From Octopus bimaculoides (Eukaryota), in NCBI RefSeq assembly GCF_001194135.2, contig NC_068981.1:55895153-55959152 (forward strand): a stretch of 64,000 nucleotides of DNA, in the 5' to 3' direction. Position 1 is the first letter of the stretch. Each line of letters opens with the position of its first letter. The position numbers were made by a program, and so were the translations under genes. Below are positions 39,398 to 52,100 of this stretch, piece by piece. The notes under the pieces are model-generated. The model was not told where the DNA came from, ran no database searches, and saw only the letters and a program-made list of their open reading frames with translations.

Positions 39398-40370
39398 TAA
39401 GGCGGGCAAAATTCTTAGCCACATTTTGTCCATCTTTATATTCTGAGTTCAAATTCTGCCAAGGTCGACTTTGCCTTTCATACTTTTGGGGGTCAGTAAA
39501 ATAAGTACTAGTTGAAAGCAATATTATCAACTTATCCGCTCCCTTGAAATTGCTGGCCTTGTACCAAAATTGTTATTATTATCATTATTATTATTAAGAT
39601 GGTGAGCTGGCAGAATCATTACCATGTTGGACACAATGCTTAATGACATTTCTTCTGGCTTTACATCCTGAATTCAAATTCTGACAAGGTCTATTTTGCC
39701 TTTCATCCTTTCAGGGTTGATAAATAAATTACTAGTTTTGCACTGGGGTTGATGTAAGTGACTAACCCTCTCACCCCAAATTTCAGGGCTTATGCCTATA
39801 GCAGAAAGGATTATTATTATTTTTATTAATAATAATTTATTTAAGGCAGCAAGCAAGCAGAATTGTTAGCACTCTGGCATGGCCGGGCCCTCTGTCAGTT
39901 ATGACAAGTGTTCCAGCTGATTCGATCAATGGAACAGCCTGCTTGTGAAATTGATGTGCAAGTGGCTGATCACTCCACCAGCACGTGTACCCTTAATGTA
40001 ATTCTCAGAAAGATTCAGGCTGGCACACCAAGTGTGACAAGGCTAGCCCTTTGAATTGCTGGTACAACTCATTTTTGCCAGCTGAAAGACAATGAAAGTG
40101 TCTTGCTCAAGTCATTGGGAATTGAACTTGCAACCTTATGATCATTAGCTGAATACCCTAGCCATTAAACCGTGTACCTGGACAAAATGCTTAGCAGTAT
40201 TTCTTCTGGCTTTATGTTCTGAGTTCAAATACCACAAAGGTTGATTTTGTCATTTATTCTTTTAAGGTCAATAAAATAAGTACCAGCTGAGCACTGGGGT
40301 TGATGTAATTGATCTACTCCTCCCCTCGAAATTGCTGGCCTTGTGCTGAATTCAGAAAGAGTTATTATTG
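39398..40370 (+). mobile_element. Three head-to-tail SINE copies with (ATT)n tails; third interrupted by an antisense tRNA-SINE (about 39879-40177)
   Basis: Repeated ...CTGAGTTCAAATTCTG.CAAGGTC.A.TTTGCCTTTCAT...GAAATTGCTGGCCTTGT motifs. Confidence 0.8.
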
Positions 40371-41537
40371 ATTAATTTTTTTAGAAGTGTCTTTACCAGT
40401 GTAGGTATTTTGCTCCACTTCATTCTGGGACTTTTACCTCTATGTACCTTAACTCACATAGCTGCAGTGATTAGGTACTAGGCCTTTTGGAAACCTTATT
40501 AGGCTTTATGCCTATTTAACAAAGTTGGCAGAAAGCTACATTGGAATATCTTTCCTTAGAAAATTGTGTTGGTACTAGCTTCGACTGAAATTACAAACAG
40601 TTATTCAATACTTGTGTAGTGTTACATTTATTATAAAAAAAACTTGTTTGACTCTGGCTTCAGGATTTATTTGTCTTGAAGCTTGAACAAGCTTCAAGAC
40701 AAGCAAAACTTGAAGTCCCAGTCAAGCTTGAATTGGCGAGGGGTATGGTCTTATGTGGGTCAGCTGGCATGGGTTTACAATTTCAGTCCTTGAAAATTCT
40801 TCCACATGTGAGAGACAGATGGAGGACTTTTTAATAAGGAACGTTTTTTAAAAATTGCTCTATTTGTTTTATTCAGTTCTGTTATTTGTACACTATATAT
40901 ACATGTATCCACAAATATATGTCCTGTTTTTAGCATTGATAATTAAATCATTCAACCACGGTAGTATTTGAATATATTCTTAAGTCCACCATTTTGTCAA
41001 TCGCAGCAGCTTCCAAGCTTCACCACTAATTCAGTTCTCAACTAAATTGCAAACTGTTAATAGTTTTAAAGAGGACACCTCCTCAGCTACACTTTGGCAT
41101 AAATAGTTTGAGATTTGGTTCAGTAGAAAAAAAAGTTACGACAAAATGTCAGACCTCAAGCTAGTACTTGTAGTAAAGTAAAGAATAAGAAACTTTTTAC
41201 TTAAAATATTGCAGCTAAAATTAAAATTTGATTATTAGAACTTATTTAAGTAGAATTTGGCTGATTTACTACCTTAAATACTGAAAAAAGTGACTAATTA
41301 GACAAACTTACAAATTAGCTGAACAGTTTTGTACAATAAATTAAAAAGATGAGAACTGTAAAGAGTGATAAATTAGAAGAACTGGCATTCTTTGCTGCAA
41401 TATTTTAAGTAAAAAGTTTCTTATTCTTTACTTTACTAGAAGTAATAGCTTGCCCTATACTTTTACAGGTTTATAATCTTAAGAATATTACTTTTCATGC
41501 TCACATTTTTCCATGTAATAAATACTTGAGTAGTTTT

Positions 41538-41661
41538 AAATGGGGCTTACATTTTATATCTAGACTGGGCCATTATCTGATGAAACGGACCTACATTTCA
41601 CATCTAGACTGGGCCACAGTCAGTTAAAATGCAGACTTCATTTTACATCTATACTGGGTCA
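41538..41661. repeat. About 44-bp minisatellite, cluster 1 (about 3 units)
   Basis: Unit approx CTACATTTCACATCTAGACTGGGCCACTATCAGTTGAAATGGGG. Confidence 0.8.
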
Positions 41662-42020
41662 GAAGCATAGCTAGGTTCTAAAGTTAGGGGAGCGAGCACA
41701 TAAAAAAGAAAAAGCATTGTGACACATATCAAACAATTTTTAACTCATTTCTCTTATATTATGCAAAAATATTTCATTAGTTATAAAATATGTGACTGTA
41801 TTCTATATTCATTAATTTCATGTTCCAGTAACATCATTATGTATGAAACTTACAGCTACTGATATAGTTGTGATGTGAAAAAGATGAAACTCTATTGGAT
41901 TGTCCAGTGTTGAGATGTTATGACATTAGTGGCCACCAACACAGCACAGTAGATTGAGCAGACAGTTCAAAAACATGGGAAGTTGGTCAAATAAGTATTA
42001 ACTCCAGAAAGTTTTTCCAA

Positions 42021-42163
42021 GGCCACTATCAGTTGAAATGAAGCCTATATTTCACATCTAGACTGAGCCTATTATCGATTGAAATAGGGCATACATTTCA
42101 CATCTAAACTGGGTAACTATCAGTTGAAAGGGGGGGGGGGCTACACTTCACATTTGGCCTGGT
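42021..42163. repeat. About 44-bp minisatellite, cluster 2 (about 3 units)
   Basis: Same unit and orientation as 41538-41661. Confidence 0.8.
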
Positions 42164-43289
42164 CCTGATCACAATCAATTTCCAATTTATAATCTATATT
42201 ATAATAAAATATGATATATATAAAACACTACAGATAATTACATGAAAATAATACCAGATTATCAATTAATTTCTGCTTTTGCACTGTATCAATAACCAAT
42301 GCATAAACTGGAACCACAATGATATAGTTTGATGCTGTGAGTTGTAATAGCATTGTAAAAGTAACAAGTGCTCAATGGCTGACAGTACTGAGCTCAGTTC
42401 CTTCTATGAGCACCAATCCCTATAAAACACACTAGACCTACACAAAGTATGTTGGGCTTTGGTAGATGGAAGAACACTGATGATATGTAATGAAAATAAT
42501 TGCTAACTTGATGTATTTTTCCTAAAACAACTTCTATTCTAAGAAATCCAATTTATATTGTTAATATGACTAACTATTGACCTAAAAGTCATCAGTTTGC
42601 CAAGGCAGGCACATATTTCAATAAAGATTGTTTACTTCTATCAATGCAAAGCCAAATATTTACATAGGATTAGTTTAGTATTGACCTCATTACATGCCTG
42701 CTGATATTTTATCAAATCCAAAGGGATATGAAAGCAAAGTTGTATCCACAAGTATTTGAACTCTGGATGTAGAGAAACATAGCTAAATACTTCAAGTCAC
42801 CTACTCCATTACTCTACTGCCTTGCATCTCTCATTGATAGATGTTTAGAATTAGGAAGGATATTCAACTTGGGATTATTTTCTCCATCAAATCATGAAAC
42901 CCATATCAAAGAAAAATGGGTATCAGAAAATTGTTTGGGTTTTATAAAACAACCTACTCTATGTAAGCGTTTGAAGTATTTTTTATTTATTTAAACTGAT
43001 ATTTTGATATGCAGTTGGAGCTACTTCAGCATTACATTGCTAATAGGAAAGGCATGAATGTCATCCTTCACTGCTCTTCTAAGACAGCACATTCAAAATT
43101 AGTTGTAAGTACGTAGTAAGTCTAACTGTATTATAAATCCTTTTTCATCCTTGCGAACCTTTCATAACCAGTTGCGTAAATGAATATTCACAATATGAAT
43201 TATATAAATTTATTTAAACAGTTGGGCAAATTGGTTTACAGACTAAATTAAAGAGTATAACTTTATATAAAGATGGTTAACATATATAA

Positions 43290-44382
43290 GAATTGTTGAT
43301 TCGAGTGAACGATGTAGCAACAATTATAGGCTATTAATTTTATTTAAGCTAAATGTAAGCACTAGAAAACTTAATAGTCACAGCTTCACCCGTTTATCGG
43401 CACATTCTTTGTGTCAAAACACTGTTGACAGTATAATAACCACTACAGCAACTTGTGTGTAATTTGACAAACCATCATCTCTATGAGGCGGCCAAAGAGT
43501 TTCGGTGTATGAATGCCTATTCTTAGTACCGGTTTTGATACATTTACACCGTATCGTATCTTTCTATGAAGCCTGACTGCCAAGTGATGTGAATCTGATC
43601 ATGTGACTTTAAGAATGGTGCTCTTTAACGACTGCTGTTTGCTTTAGCTTCGATACTTTAAGACCAAAATAAACCGACCATATACTCTTCCTCTCTCTTT
43701 TTTCATGTTGCATAATTTTGAAAAAAATTTTTTTCTTTACGATAAGTCGTGTACATGGATATACTTCACACCAAAATTTCCTTTCGAAAATTATTTCTAT
43801 ACATTTAAAGAATTAAACGATGAGCATTTTCTTTCTTTCTTTTTTTTTTGTTGCTAAGATAGCTTTTTTTTTTCTTTTTAGCTATTTGACCTTATCAATA
43901 AATACCACAACCTAAATTTTGTAACACCAATAATATACTGTTCCATTAATAGGTAGCACTAATAAATACTTTGAATTGAAATATTTCAGTGGTTGTTAAT
44001 AGATTTTTCTTTTCTTTCTCTTTTCATTCGTGTTACCTGAAGTATAAGAATTGTATTTATAAATTGTGTATGCATGTATATCGGTCGGTATTCTGTTATT
44101 AAGTATGTTTCCCTAAAAATATTCATTAGTTTTGGTTTTGGTCGCTTGAAGGAATTCCTGATACGATCACCGATATAGTAATAATATCAGCAATACATTT
44201 GTGAAATTTACCATTAAATGTGCTTCGAAACGTTAGCTGATCTATTCATTGAAAGGGAGATATTTCTCCTAACCCCAAATTTATTTTCTTCAAAAATACC
44301 TCTCTTCTTCCTTAGATAATAAGTACTTTTTATTTTCTTCTTTCTTTTCTATAAATATTATAGCTTTATTATCGATAAAAAA

Positions 44383-44417
<35 letters not shown>

Positions 44418-45560
44418 NNNNNNNNNNNNNNNNTATATATATGTGTGTGTGTGTATGTGTGTGTGTATATATATATCGACATTTCTGTTCGTATGTACCT
44501 TGCTCCACCTTCCATTTCTAAAATGATTCTTTTTAGTTGGCTCACTGTCGGAGGTTAGTGAACTTTAATCAAGTTATTCGTATAATAATAATTAAATATA
44601 CTAATATTTAGCGAGTGGAGATATGTTCTTGGTTCGATCGTGCGATACCTTTAGAATCGTTGAAGATTATTACTTGGGTGTCTTCTTGCCGGTAAAAAGT
44701 CGGTCAAAGGAATCCCTCTTATTTCTATCTTCTTTTACACCGCTGATAATTATATGAACGTGTGTGCATGCTTATACAAAAACTGCCATTGATTAATAAA
44801 TGTCTAAAAATATACATTTCCCTCCTTCCTTTTCACCATTTTGTTCTCGTGTTAATTTCTATTCATTTGTTAATTTTCATTTTATGAATTGTGCGTATCT
44901 AGTGTTTCTTTTTCCTTTTGCTTTGTTACTACTGCAACTCATTAATGTCAACAAATAGCAACTATAGTTAAATATCGATTTCTCATTGCGCCACCACTTT
45001 CCTCCTCCTCCCCTACCTTTCACCTCCTCTATACCGGTTCGATGTTTAGAGTACCCCACTTTTTACAGACACGGAAATACTCATAGTCGTCGAAATATTT
45101 TATAGAAATGTTAACTGCATTCCCGTTTTATTTTTATTTCATTGTTCAGTTATATACTTTTAATGAAAAATCAGTTAAAAAGAAAATGAAAACTAGCCTT
45201 AGATAAAATAAAGTCAATCGTAGTTTAATGTAAAATTCTCGACTCTCGCCTCCTGAAAGAAAATACCAATAGACAGTAGAATTTCCGATCCGCATCTTCG
45301 ATGGTTTATTTCAATACTTTCTATATCGACACCAAGATCAATCTCCGTAACCGCTCACTGAGAAGCTCGGGTCATTATAGCCCGATGGTGTATGTGACTA
45401 TCCAAACAGGGAGCGCTTATAATTTACTGTAGTTGTTAAGGTAAGTTCATCAGTCAGCTGCAGTATGTTGTAGCTGTCTGATAAACTGGGACGCATCAAT
45501 GATGACAGGATCTCACAGCTGATAATAGCTATCACCGTTATTATTCTTTTTTTTTTCTCT
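43290..45560. promoter_or_regulatory. CpG-retaining, probably unmethylated promoter region
   Basis: CpG is visibly frequent in unique sequence here and scarce on both flanks. DRE-type palindrome TATCGATA at 44370-44377, E-box CATGTG near 43600, donor sites pointing outward on both strands. Confidence 0.6.
45240..45440 (+). other. Candidate non-coding first exon of the PKC gene (5' end approximate)
   Basis: CpG-rich, ends at a perfect donor AAG|GTAAGT (45440/45441). An in-frame TAA at 45420-45422 makes it UTR if spliced to 58616. Confidence 0.5.
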
Positions 45561-46791
45561 CTCGCCGTATCTTTTTGCCATCTTTTGCTGCTAATTTCAT
45601 TGTGTGTGCATAGTTGTAGTTGTTTGTTTGTTTAGCTTCAGCTCAGTCATTGATAGAGTATGCGTATGATCTAGACGTTTCAACCGTGACCATCTCATCT
45701 CCCCTTTTTTCCCCGGCATATTGTATCTTGGACTACATTATTAAATGTGCCTTTTCAATTTAAGATAACAGCATGTATAATTTGAGGGAATCCAGGCTGC
45801 TATTTCTATCTAGTAAGTAAAATGACAATACAGTGTCCCTGGCTGACTTATTTGTGGTTGTGGGGTCTGTCTGTGGATGTGAGTAAAAATCAGTGTGATA
45901 TAAAGATATTTTTTCGTTGGTTCCAGCTAGTGGTCATGTTGGAGCACTATAGCAATAACTATTTTTTGCCATTTGATGTTCCTGATCATTGGTATTGATC
46001 AATAGGTGATGAGGCCTATTGATATTACAAGGAAGGGGAGAGTGTAACAATGGCTTTTGTAATGAAGTGTATGTGAAGCAGCTGAGAATTGAAACCTGCT
46101 TAATTGATGACAGGTTGCTACAAGTACTCACTTTGTATGTTAGTAGCGATACTATTATGATAACGTACTCACCGTGTGTACGTTTATTCCGCACAGCAGT
46201 AGTGAGTGGTTGGAGCAAGGCTAAAACTTTTTCTTTCGTTTTGTGTGTCATGAGTAAGCTTAGAACAGCCCATCCCTCTGTAAGCTAATGACTGAGGCTG
46301 GTCCTGTAGGCACAAGATATAAATGTAGTGTTATGGCTGAACCAGGAAATTAAACTGGTTTATAAGAGCCTATCACCACTCCATCACTCACGTGCGTGTC
46401 TGCGCGCGCGCGCGCGCGTGTGTGTGTGTGCGCGCGCGCGTGTATGTGCATATCCATTCACAAACGTATGTATACACAAACGTTACATATTATAACTTAT
46501 TTAATAAACATACAATTTTAGCTTTGCTGTGAAAAGTAAACAAACTGTTACATCACACGTTTTATTTCACTTGCAGGCATAAAAAAAATGTCATTGAATC
46601 TGATTAGTTTCTCACCTTTGTAGATCCTTATCAAAGAAAGTTCTGTCCATGGATTAATTAATAACATGGACTCAGCTAAACTGAGATAATTCATATTGTC
46701 AGCAGCATATTAGACTGACCCCTTCAGCTGAGTCATATACTATAAGTAACTATAGACAAGTAATCTCTCCATGAACAGAAGGTGGGTCTTC

Positions 46792-46836
46792 TTACTCTGA
46801 TGAAAGTCTAAGAAGACTGGAAACTAGTCAGAGTAA
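46792..46836 (+). ncRNA. Minimal hammerhead-ribozyme-like motif
   Basis: UUACU CUGAUGA A AGUCU-AAGA-AGACU G GAAA CUAG UC^AGAGUAA: intact core, GUC triplet, palindromic ACUAGU stem III; stem I is out of register by 2 nt. Confidence 0.6.
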
Positions 46837-47019
46837 TTCCATTTTTTTTTTGCCCTAAAATATAACCAGTTCTTTAACCTTACTGTTTATTTTTCACAGA
46901 AAAATGTTTAATAAAGTATACAGTACATTTCATATTATCTAAAAAAAACTCTTGTGTAGTGCAATATGAATTATTATCCCTGTAATCATTTTATGTCACT
47001 TTATATCTGCTTGCACAAG

Positions 47020-47990
47020 TTATTTGGGTCATCCCTTGCAGAATGTCCCAATATTTGTTGCAGTCCTTTGTCATCTTCTTCATGAAGTTCTACTCTTTCA
47101 AACTAGCTTTCACCACTTATTCCAATGTCTTCCTCAGTCTTCATCTTCCACAGGTTCCTTCTACTTGCTTGGCACCTCTTTGCCCAACTGTCTTCCTCCA
47201 TATTTATCACATGTCCATGCCAGCACAGTCTTCTCTTTTGCACACTACAGTTGCTTCCTTCTATACCTAATTTTTCTTTCAGCTTATTTGTACTCTATTG
47301 TTCATGCACAATAATATTACACATCAGTGAAGCATGCTTGCTTCATTTCTTTCTAGTCATTGTTGCATCCAGCGCACATATTTTGCTACCATGCAACATC
47401 ATACTTTGTTTACATGCATCATACAACTAGCCCTTCATTCAGAGAGAATGTTACCAGCAGTGATAAAAGTTACCTGAAATTTTTAGCACCCTGTTATTAC
47501 TCTGGTTACTATGTTTTTCAGTACTTAGTTTCACTGTTAATTCAGTTACCTTGTTAATACATGCTATTAACTACATCTAGGAACCTGTCTGAAGAGTTTA
47601 TTTCATGAGTAATTTTACTGTTAACTACCCTTGTGCTACTGTTTCCTATGAAGTAAACTTTCTACATCAGCCTGCCTGTGATCCCACTGCATCTCTTGTG
47701 TACCCATAGTTCAATCGGGTACACAGTAAAGTGCTTTCACTTTTCTGCATACTGAGTATGGCTACCTCTTCAATGGCAAAATAGTCCTACCATCTTTCTT
47801 GCACAATTAAACTTTTGTCTTTGCTAGGTTTCCTTTGCAGCTTCTTGATTCTTGGCTTTGCTTCTGCATTTGGAATTTACTTATGAATTCTTTGACAGAT
47901 TTACCTATGAAAACTTTTCCTTCATTGGCATCAGGTGTTCTTTCAGACAGCCAGCTTTAAACAACTCTATTATGGTCTGGACTATGTATA
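47020..47990 (-). mobile_element. Decayed RTE LINE, RT C-terminal third
   Basis: Minus strand includes NLAKTKV, WVHKRCSGITGRL, and the RRLCWHGHV...RWKMKTEEDIG..VVKASLK region; homologous to 62300-63400. Confidence 0.8.
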
Positions 47991-48749
47991 ATTAACCAGA
48001 GATGTGTTGAGAACTGAATGTAAATGAGTATATATTTATATATTATTGAAGGAATTCAATGTAGAATTCCTTACAGTCACTGATCAGTCTATTGAGAATC
48101 TCCAGGCTGGCAGACTTGGCAGCCTGAAACTGAATGAAACTGGTCAGTCTGTGAAGAATTGCACATTGAATTCCTCAAAAATTCTATTGATCCACATTTT
48201 TTAAACCTATTTTTTACACACACACACACACACACATGCTCACATGCACACACACACACACTGCTTTATTAAGTCTCAGAGAAATAATGCAGGTATATAT
48301 TTATATTTTGTCCCCATAATTAAAAATTTCATTGTCCCATAAATCTTAATAGGCTATAGGATATGCCCTTGTATTAATATATAGTTCAATACTACTTAGT
48401 GAAATCATGTTATCATTGATAGTCAACCCTTTCCCATCTGAACACATGCATTTTGGCAGTTTATAGAGAAAATTATTATTATGAGAATTAAAGGTTTTTT
48501 GTTTTTTGTAGGATTAGATTTAGGACTGATACTATCCAGACCTTGGTATATTGATGCTAGTGGCATTCATATATTTTGATTTAGACTTAGCAAGAATTTG
48601 ATTGCTGAATATCAGGAAACTTTTGAATGGGAATTGTAGTAGTTAATACAACATTGCATGGATTAAAAATGATTACACCACTTGCAAAAGAGATAAGGAT
48701 TAGATGCTTTAAAGCTCTTATGTTACTCTTAACCAACATTATTTGCTGT

Positions 48750-49130
48750 TACCATTTTTTATCTTTTACTTTTGGACTGTGGCCAATACTGGGGCACTGC
48801 ACCATCTTGAAGGGTTTAGTTGAACAAATTGATCCCAATATTTATTTTTTTAAAGCCTGGTACTTGTTCTATCAGTCTCTTTTTGCCAAACCACTAAATT
48901 ATAGGGATGTGAACAATCCCTCACTAGCAGTCTGGTGGTGGTGGGGGACATACACACACACACACACACACATGATGGGCTTCTTTTGGTTTCTGTCTAC
49001 CAAATCCACTTACTAGAGTTGATTGGATGGGGCTATTAAGTTGAAGACACTTGCTCAAAGTGTGACACAGTGGGATTGAACCTAAAACCATGTGGTTGGG
49101 AAGCAAGCTTCTTAGCAGGCAGCCATGCAT
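48750..49130 (-). mobile_element. Near full-length tRNA-derived SINE
   Basis: Same family as 33400-33755. Confidence 0.8.
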
Positions 49131-52100
49131 ACAGAATTTCATTTTTCATTTATATTGTCTAAAATAGAATGAAAACAATGGTTTAATTTTTCTGAGTTTT
49201 GGCAAAATGAGTGTATAAAAAAATTATAACATCAGAACATTTTAATCAAGAAAGAATGAAGTTTTAAAAATATATTATTATGACAATAGATGCTGGTGTT
49301 TACAAGTGTCTTTGAATCAAGTATGATATTAATAAAGTCCTTGAAATATCTTACGATATCTGATGTCCTAGACACTTACATGTCCCACACTTGAAGCCTT
49401 ATATTTTTAGATTAGTTGAAACAGGAAATTGTGGCACAATTGGAGACGGAATACTATTTTCGTACAACTGCACTACTACTTGTGTATTCATAACAATCCC
49501 CTTTTAATTTATACAAAACTTTTTTATATAATGATAAGAGTAATAGTTTATATGAAATTATCCTTGTCTAACAGGCACTTAGCTTACTGTGTCAGCTTGT
49601 ATTTTGTGAGGTAGAAAGCATAAAACACTAAAATGTCTTGCCCAACCATCTGTAATTTGTAGCATCTTCATTGTAATGATATAAGTATTTCAAATATTGA
49701 CAAAAGGTTGCAAAGCCATCAACCTCAGGATTTGAGCCCAAAATATAAATTGATGAAACTAAATATCATTAGTTTTTTTTAATTAATCACACTACTGATT
49801 CAGCTAATCATAATTACTAGTATATGAGCCAACAAGGGGATTTTTATAAGTTTATTTGCTAGAAACAACACCCTAAACTCTCTCAAATCACACCCTGCTG
49901 CTTTGGGAAAGGAATGAGCATGTTTGGATAGTATAGTTCTACATAGCTCTAGAATAACCTCAATCAAGGTTAACTTGGGTTAGATAATAATGGTGATAAG
50001 CTTAATTCTGGTAACATGTTAGCAATTTCTCATTTTCTTTTGATTTGTTATCAAGTTATTTTATGGTTTACTGAAATGTATGTTTTACTTCAGTGTTTGT
50101 TCATGGGCTTCTACTTTCTGTTAACGATCATTATTTCAATGTGAAGATCTTGAAGGTAGTGAAGATCAAGAAATTAATCTTTTTTCAGAAGCGTGTATGC
50201 ATTTTTTAATGATATGCAAAAGCTTTGACTTGAGCTAATCTGTGATGTATTGGCAGGGCTGAATTATATATTGAGTGTGATAGTTTCTAGGGCCTCTGAA
50301 AATTGGTGAGCTTATGAAAACTATGAATCAATGCATTTAACTGTTACTTCGGAAAAGTGTGTGTGTAAAATATTAAAAAATAATAGTAAGCATAAAAACA
50401 TGAAATTTCCATTTTACTGTAATCTATAGTTTATTGTATTTTGGAAAGTCATATTTGCTAATAATATACATTAATGAAATATATTTTTTGCTCTTTCCCC
50501 AATAGTTTATATAACTAGTAAGTAACTAGTTGAGTGTATAATGAGACACTTGACTCATGTAACTCAAGTGAACATTTCGAAACACTCCATATGTCCTTCA
50601 CCTTAGTTTGCCATGCTTTAATCAGATATGAGGTTACTGAATACTTAAGGATACTGTGGTTTGTAGTGTGAGATGAAATATGATCAAGACATCTCTCAAT
50701 TTTGTTGTTCAGTCATATTTGTATGCAATTGAAATCCTCTCTGCTTTTAATTGCAGCAGAGATGGGCAAAGTGGACATGACTAGTGTGTAATAGCTTTAA
50801 TTTCTTGAGATTTACTGGAGATTAATAATTATACAGCAAATTGGAGTTGGTTAATCATACTGAAAATTGGGTTTCTTTTTCTCAAGTTTTGTTTTACAGC
50901 TAGTTGAAGCTGGACATGGACACTTGAAGATTCATCCAACTTATGTCATCAGGAGAAAATGGGCTTTAAACTGATGAGATGCTAATGATGATAACCACTG
51001 AATGTGAGCTGAAGGTGCAGGAGTGGAAAATATTAAATATATTATTTGAGCTATATAAAAGGTTAGAGCTCATAATTTCCCACTTATATTTTCCTCATTT
51101 TTCTGTATCATTTCTAAAGTACATATAATTCTATAAAATCTATAAAAAAAAGCAACAGATCTCATCTCATTATAATAGTATCATTATTTTATTATCTGGT
51201 ATCCATGGATTAGATAATTCTGCAATGCGATACTTTTCCCATCCTCTCAACCTAGGGTCATATCAGGTGTAATATCCAACATTTTCAGGTCTGAATGGTT
51301 GCTTCTTCTATAACCTGTCTTCCACATACATCCACTTTTATAACTTTGAATGGATTATATGGTTTACTGAATGTCTTTTTAATTTTGCCTCTTATCAGTT
51401 GTAAATCAAAGTTTAGTTTGCTTAAAGAATTCAAGTAATTGCTGGAATATGTCCAATTTCTTTTAACCTATTTCTTCTTTTCTCTTTTTGTCACTCTTTG
51501 AATAAGCTAGCTATTAAATTTGAAGTCTCCTTGATTCTTCCTTGCTTTTGTATATTAGAACATGTAGACACTTTTATATTGCCTACCTTATACAAAACTT
51601 TTTAAAATGTCACCAATATCAATTATTCATTTGCCTCTATTTTGTCTTCTAAAGATTCTTATTACCTATCATTTTTATGTCCAAAAGGTTATACTGAAAG
51701 AAATGTTATCAGTTTTTTATTTTTTTTTTTTAAGTGATCAATTGATAATTCAGCTTACTGCTCTCTCTCCTTATGTCTCAATTCAGATCTCCAAGTGCCA
51801 TATGACATTATTTTAGATTTCATTAATTAGATTTGATTAGAAAATTCATTCGACTTTGGTTTTTGTTTTTATTGGAAATATATTAACAGCTGTTTACTTC
51901 ATCAGACCCTTCTAAAAGTGTCTTGAGAGTTTGTCTATGCTATAATGTATATATTTGGAGTTTATGGCTTTAAGGTAGCCAATCATCTGCTTGGAAGCAA
52001 TCCTCAGATCCATAGTATATCTTTAAATCTGGCTTTGATTCAACTTCATTATATGTATAGTATCCTCTACATAACCATTCTACCTTTTATTGTAGAGGAT

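Noticed and set aside
50094-51060. Exon-like pieces in the PKC intron (FVHGLLLSVNDHYFNVKILK; LVEAGHGHLKIHPTY)
   Set aside because: No consistent frame or good donor for the second piece and no homology; compatible with chance or decayed repeats.
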